A stretch of DNA of 64,000 bases, taken from assembly GCA_047602905.1 (NCBI GenBank), contig JBLKOP010000002.1, positions 79,381-143,380 on the forward strand, in the 5' to 3' direction. How positions within the stretch are numbered: position 1 is the first letter of the stretch; each line of letters begins with the position of its first letter. The stretch comes from Candidatus Woesearchaeota archaeon (lineage in GTDB: Archaea > Nanobdellota > Nanobdellia > Woesearchaeales > SKIA01). Below, piece by piece: positions 59,443 through 64,000 of the stretch. The notes under the pieces are model-generated. The model ran no database searches, was not told the DNA's origin, and saw nothing but the letters and a program-made list of their open reading frames with translations. The translations under genes and the position numbers were made by a program.

Positions 59443-60753
59443 TTAGAGGTGTTCTTGTATGAACGTCTCTACTTCTTCTTTTATTCGTGTGTATTCTTCT
59501 TGGTTTTGTGCTTCCCACGTAAAGCGCAGTAGTGGTTCGGTGTTTGATTTGCGAATAGAAAGCCACCAACTGGGTGTTTGTATGAATACTCCGTCTAGCT
59601 CGTCTACTTCTCCTTGTTTGCTAAACGTTTCTTTTGCTGCTTGCAGTGTTGCTTCTGGGTCTTGTACGCGGTAGTTTTGCTCGTTACTTCCTAGATACGC
59701 TTCTCGTATTGGAGTGATTGCTTCGTGTAGGTTTGTGTACTCTGCTAGTACTCGTAGTAAGCAGTACAGCGGCGCTTCTGCTCCGTGAAATTCTTTAAAC
59801 ATGATGTGTCCGCTCTTCTCTCCTCCTAATTCAAGATTGTGTTCTCTCATTGCTCGTTGCACGTTAGCGCTTCCTACCGCTACTCGGTGGTATGTGTGGT
59901 TGTGTTGTTTGCAAGCTTCTTTTACTGCGTTGCTGCAGTTAAGTGTTGCTGCTACTCCGCTGTTTGCAGGAAGTTTTTGTGTGAGAAGAGTAAGTAAGAA
60001 GTCTGCTTCTACTACTTCTCCTTTCTCATCTATAAGTACGAGTCTGTCCGCGTCTGCGTCTAGTACGCAGCCTACGCAGTTGTTCATCGCGCAGTAATCT
60101 CTGGCTGCTTCTGTGGCTGTTGGTTCTAGAGGGTTTGGTTCGTGCTCGCTAAAAGAAGGGTCTTCTTGGTCGTTGTATAGTGTGAAGTTGTACGCTCCTG
60201 TTGCTGCGAGTGCGCGTACTTCTTTGCATGCTGATCCTGCGCTAGGATCTAAGAACACTTCTTTTTCGCTGCTACTAAGTGCTAATCGTACGTTGGTAAT
60301 GTATTCTTCTGTGTAATCTTTTGTTTGTAGTGTTCCTGGAGTTGTTTGTACGGGTTTGTCTAGGTACGTTTTTAGTTCGTGCATGCCGTCTGCTTGTGCG
60401 TATGGTTTTGCTTGTTCAAGATAGAATTTGAATCCGTTATACTCTTTTGGGTTGTGACTGGCTGTTATCATAATTCCTGCTGGTAGGTTGTTGTTTGCTA
60501 CTATCCATTTGAGTTGTGCAGTGCTTGTTACTCCTGCGTCTATCACGTTGCAGCCTGCGTCAAGAAGTCCTTGTATTGTTTGTTGTGCGAGTTCAGGACT
60601 GTTTTTGCGTACGTCTCTGCTTACTACGCATGTCTGTAGTTGTTGGTGTTGTGCGTACGCGTTTCCTATGGCGTAGGCGAGTTCTTCTGTGATTTCTTCT
60701 CCGCTGATTCCGCGGATATCGTAGCTTTTGAATATGTTGTCGACGTTTTTCAT
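59443..60753 (-). CDS. Phosphomannomutase/phosphoglucomutase
   Basis: FKSYDIRG, TASHNP, DADADR, GEKSGH, RKSNTEP; start set to MKNVD. Confidence 0.92.
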   Translation of the reverse strand: MKNVDNIFKSYDIRGISGEEITEELAYAIGNAYAQHQQLQTCVVSRDVRKNSPELAQQTIQGLLDAGCNVIDAGVTSTAQLKWIVANNNLPAGIMITASHNPKEYNGFKFYLEQAKPYAQADGMHELKTYLDKPVQTTPGTLQTKDYTEEYITNVRLALSSSEKEVFLDPSAGSACKEVRALAATGAYNFTLYNDQEDPSFSEHEPNPLEPTATEAARDYCAMNNCVGCVLDADADRLVLIDEKGEVVEADFLLTLLTQKLPANSGVAATLNCSNAVKEACKQHNHTYHRVAVGSANVQRAMREHNLELGGEKSGHIMFKEFHGAEAPLYCLLRVLAEYTNLHEAITPIREAYLGSNEQNYRVQDPEATLQAAKETFSKQGEVDELDGVFIQTPSWWLSIRKSNTEPLLRFTWEAQNQEEYTRIKEEVETFIQEHL

Positions 60754-61496
60754 AAGTGCTTGTATTCTCCTGAGAACGGGTATCCGTAGAGGTTGTCTGT
60801 TTGTGTGAGTTTGGGAAAGAGGTCTGTTTCTAGGGTTGCGTACCCTTCTGGTATGAGTTCTAGTGCTTCTGGTTGCATGATGTAGCATCCTGCGCTGATG
60901 AGGTTGCTGGGCGCTTTTTGGCTTGGTTTTTCTATGAACGTAATGATTTTGTTTCCGTTTAGTAGCGCTACTCCGTATTTTTCTGGGTTGTTTGTTGTTG
61001 TTAGTGCTATGCTGCATAGCCCTGCGTGGCTTGTGTGAAAGGCGTACATGTCTTGTAGGGAGAGTTCTTTGTAGTCGTCTGCGTTGAGTACAAGAAAGCT
61101 TGTTTCTATGTAGGGGCTTGCTAGGTGTAGTGCTCCTGCTGTTCCTAGTGGAGTTGTTTCTGTGAGGTAGCGTATTTCTTCGTATTCGGGTATTGTTTCT
61201 TGGAGTTGTTGGGGTTTGCTGGTGATGATGTAGATGTTTTGTACTCCTGCTTGTAGGAGTAGTTCTATGTTGTGTTGGAGTATTGGTTGTTCTTTGTGTT
61301 TGCTGAGTACTCGTTGTATTTGTGTTTCTCTGCTTCCTGCAAGGATTATTGCTGTTTCTGGTATGCTTCCTCGTAGCGCTTCTCGCAGCAGTAGTTCTAC
61401 TGCGTGGCTTCGGTTGCGAATAGTGTTTTGGTCTACTCGAGCGTCTACTTGTCGTAGTACTGATGCTTCTATGGTTAAGGTCACTCGCTCTTTCAT
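60750..61496 (-). CDS. Ribbon-helix-helix domain fused to an NDP-sugar pyrophosphorylase-like domain
   Basis: MKERVTLTI...NRSHAVE RHH; AIILAG, PLGTAGAL, FIEKP. Confidence 0.8.
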   Translation of the reverse strand: MKERVTLTIEASVLRQVDARVDQNTIRNRSHAVELLLREALRGSIPETAIILAGSRETQIQRVLSKHKEQPILQHNIELLLQAGVQNIYIITSKPQQLQETIPEYEEIRYLTETTPLGTAGALHLASPYIETSFLVLNADDYKELSLQDMYAFHTSHAGLCSIALTTTNNPEKYGVALLNGNKIITFIEKPSQKAPSNLISAGCYIMQPEALELIPEGYATLETDLFPKLTQTDNLYGYPFSGEYKHL

Positions 61497-61521
61497 ACCT
61501 TATCGTATTTCGCTTGTTGTT

Positions 61522-62784
61522 TTAAGTATTTCGTAACTCTGCTCGTATATCGTCTCGTGTACAGCTCGTTACGAGCACTTCTTGTGTGGTTGCTAGGAGG
61601 TCTTTGTTTGTTTGTACAATGACTGGTATGTAGTTGTTACTTCGTCCTACGTAGCTATAAGGGTTTTTTTCTACGAAACGAGCAAGTATTGTTTCTCCTA
61701 CGTACTTTTTTCGTTGCTGTGTAAAGAGTTCGCTCTCAAAGAGGTCTGTTACTTCTTTGCTTCGTTGTTTTTTTATTTCGCTTGGGAGTTGTTTGAGTTC
61801 TGCTGCTTTTGTGTCTGGGCGCGCGTAGAACTTACTAATGTTGATTACGGGAAAGCGCAGTTCTTTGATGAGTTGTAGGGTTGCTTGGTGGTCTTCTTGG
61901 GTTTCTGTTGGGTAGCCGCAGATAATGTCTGTTGCTATGGTTATTTCCGGTATTTCTTCTCGAAAGCGTTTGACTATGTGTCTGATGTCCTCAGCGCTGC
62001 AGCGTCTTCCCATGTGTTTGAGTACTGCGTCACTGCCGCTTTGTATGGGTAGGTGTAGGAACTTGTAGATTTTTGGGTGTTTATACGCTTGTATGAGTGC
62101 TTCTAAGTGAACCTTCGTCCAGTCAGGATTTGTCATTCCAAAGCGTATCATGAAGTCTCCTTCTAAATTGGCTATTCTTGTTAGGAGTTCTGCGCAGTTC
62201 GTTTGTATGTCCATCCCGTACGCTCCGTTGTCTTGGCTGGTTAGCCAGAGTTCTTGTACTCCTTGTGCTATTGCTTCTTCGCACTGTTTTTGTATGTCCA
62301 TTGGTCGGTAGCTAGTTAGGTTTCCTCGTGCTTGTTTTGTCTTACAGTACGTGCACACGGAGAGGCATCCTGCGCATATAGGAACTATTTCTACAAGTGG
62401 GTTGAGTCGTTTTTTTGGGAGGTTGAGGCGTCCTTCGTCTTGTGCTTCTAAGAAGTGTATCTTGTTTCCTCTTGCTGCGTGCTCGACTATCTCTGCTGTT
62501 TGTTGTAGGTTTTCTGTTCCAAGTAATGGGTAGTCTTTTAGGAGTCCTTGCTTGTCTGCTTGTGGGATGCAGCCGGCTATGACTACGGGTTTTTGTTGTT
62601 TTTTGAGCTTGCTTAAAAACTTGTCTTGAGAGGGGTCTTTTACGGTGCACGTGTTGTAGATGATCACGTCTGCTTGTGTTTCTTTCTCTACTATTTCGTG
62701 ACCTGCTGCTTGCAAGTTTCCCATCATCGTCTCGCTATCTGCGTGATTCAGGCTGCAGCCGTAGGTTTTGATATGTACTTTCAT
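61522..62784 (-). CDS. MiaB-like tRNA methylthiotransferase (archaeal MtaB type)
   Basis: TYGCSLN, NTCTVK, AGC, CxxxCxxC radical SAM motif, HLPIQSGS, TRAM-like tail. Confidence 0.9.
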   Translation of the reverse strand: MKVHIKTYGCSLNHADSETMMGNLQAAGHEIVEKETQADVIIYNTCTVKDPSQDKFLSKLKKQQKPVVIAGCIPQADKQGLLKDYPLLGTENLQQTAEIVEHAARGNKIHFLEAQDEGRLNLPKKRLNPLVEIVPICAGCLSVCTYCKTKQARGNLTSYRPMDIQKQCEEAIAQGVQELWLTSQDNGAYGMDIQTNCAELLTRIANLEGDFMIRFGMTNPDWTKVHLEALIQAYKHPKIYKFLHLPIQSGSDAVLKHMGRRCSAEDIRHIVKRFREEIPEITIATDIICGYPTETQEDHQATLQLIKELRFPVINISKFYARPDTKAAELKQLPSEIKKQRSKEVTDLFESELFTQQRKKYVGETILARFVEKNPYSYVGRSNNYIPVIVQTNKDLLATTQEVLVTSCTRDDIRAELRNT

Positions 62785-62858
62785 ATGTTTTCGTACCTAC
62801 CGAAAAAGAGCAACCTTTATAAATATCTGTGTGGGTGTTGTTCTTAGGAGAGCCCCTA

Positions 62859-63257
62859 ATGGTACGAAAACTATTTTCAAGCATAAAGAAACAATTTGAT
62901 GTGTCTTCACAAGACGTCGTTGGCGTTGAGGAGCAGTACGTAGAGCTTTCTTCTGTTGGCAGCAGGCAAAGTGCGAACTCAAAAATTATTGTTCGTCCAT
63001 TCGTCTTAGAAGATTTCTCTGACGTTAAAGCTATTGTTGATGTCATGCGAGAAGGATACACTATCGCTCTTGTTAACATCGCTCCTTTAAAAGAGAAGGA
63101 CGTTGTTGAGCTAAAGCGCGCTATTAACAAACTCAAAAAGACTGTTGATGCAGTTGATGGGGATATCGCTGGTTTTAGTGATGATTACATCATCGTCGCT
63201 CCTAGCTACGCAGAGATTTATCGTGCTTCTGCTGCTGGGGATGAAGATTTCGAATAA
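62859..63257 (+). CDS. sepF: Cell division protein SepF (archaeal)
   Basis: ELKRAINKLKK...GDIAG...IIVAP; upstream GGAG. Confidence 0.85.
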   Translation: MVRKLFSSIKKQFDVSSQDVVGVEEQYVELSSVGSRQSANSKIIVRPFVLEDFSDVKAIVDVMREGYTIALVNIAPLKEKDVVELKRAINKLKKTVDAVDGDIAGFSDDYIIVAPSYAEIYRASAAGDEDFE

Positions 63258-63318
63258 ATTTTTTTTCTTAACTTTTTTTTCCACAACGCATTTAAACACA
63301 AGTCTCTGTGTTAATACT

Positions 63319-63828
63319 ATGAGTTCAGACGTTGAGGTTTTAGAAGGAGAAAGATGCCCTATTTGTATGAAGGAAACGCTTACTTTGCGCGAGCAATCAA
63401 TGGATATACCGTATTTTGGTCTCACGCATATCTTTAGTATGGATTGCTCTAATTGCGGGTATCGCGTTGCTGATGTGGAGAGTGATGAGCAAAGAAAGCC
63501 TGTTAAGCAATCGTTTACTATTGAGTCAGAAGCTGATTTGTCTGTGCGTGTTATTAAGAGTTCTTCTGCTACTATTAAGATTCCTCGTATGGTCTCTATT
63601 GAGGGTGGACAAACAGATAGTGAGGGGTACATAACAAATATTGAGGGCTTGCTGAATCGTTTTAAAGCGGTTCTCGAGGAGCTTAAGCAAGATGATGATA
63701 AAGCGGTTGCGAAGAAAGCAAAGAATCATTTGAAGCGTTTACAGAAGGTCTTGTGGGGTCAGGAGTCCTTAACAATTACTCTTGAGGATAAGACTGGTAA
63801 CTCAATGATCGTTACTGATAAAGAATAA
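63319..63828 (+). CDS. ZPR1 zinc-finger protein
   Basis: CPIC, IPYFG, CSNCGY, RVIKSSSA, NIEGLL, EDKTGNS. Confidence 0.9.
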   Translation: MSSDVEVLEGERCPICMKETLTLREQSMDIPYFGLTHIFSMDCSNCGYRVADVESDEQRKPVKQSFTIESEADLSVRVIKSSSATIKIPRMVSIEGGQTDSEGYITNIEGLLNRFKAVLEELKQDDDKAVAKKAKNHLKRLQKVLWGQESLTITLEDKTGNSMIVTDKE

Positions 63829-63860
63829 GTAGAAAAAAAATATTTTATTTTTGTTTGTAT

Positions 63861-64000
63861 TTATGCTGCTTCGTCTAGTGATGCTAAGCCTTCATCAGAT
63901 TCACTTGCTGCTTGCTTAACATTTACTGCTCGAGGTCCTCGGTCGCTTTCTTCTGCGTCAAAGGTTACTTTGTCGTTCTCATCTGGAACAAACCCGTCCT
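63861..64000 (-). CDS. Cold-shock domain protein (5' partial)
   Basis: Manual translation ...ENDKVTFDAEESDRGPRAVNVK... Confidence 0.8.
   Translation of the reverse strand, partial: DGFVPDENDKVTFDAEESDRGPRAVNVKQAASESDEGLASLDEAA

Noticed and set aside
60754..61017. N-terminal extension of the phosphomannomutase ORF
   Set aside because: Shadow frame of the upstream gene; the real start is 60753.
1..64000. CRISPR array, cas genes, transposase, integrase, reverse transcriptase, rRNA
   Set aside because: No regularly spaced repeats or diagnostic motifs were seen by eye.

Overview
Chromosomal segment of an archaeon, most consistent with a DPANN (Woesearchaeota-like) genome. Evidence: archaeal information genes (aIF5B, Rpo6, Rpo12, eL43, exosome, proteasome alpha, Cbf5, XPD, ATP-dependent ligase), TATA boxes about 20-25 nt before start codons, and bacterial-type dnaK-dnaJ-grpE, RhlE and cold-shock genes. 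Core blocks: secD, tRNA-Pro(UGG), a liv-type ABC transporter, tyrS, a split exosome/proteasome superoperon, a chaperone operon and a large surface subtilisin. An accessory region at about 7.1-17.3 kb holds gene remnants, three GNATs, peptidase E, a nucleotidyltransferase and an AT-rich convergent gene pair. Top leads: (1) a compact 303-aa RtcB-like RNA ligase with all recognisable catalytic motifs, overlapping a helical protein with a His-containing toxin-like C-terminus (candidate RNA cut/repair module); (2) an unannotated ~180-nt multi-stem RNA directly after a 138-aa gene of unknown function; (3) a coiled-coil plus classical AAA+ ATPase pair; (4) a propeptide-less proteasome-beta-like Ntn hydrolase; (5) a long SpoT/Mesh1-type HD protein; (6) repeated sharp strand-skew switches. 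All calls come from reading motifs by eye; no searches were run.
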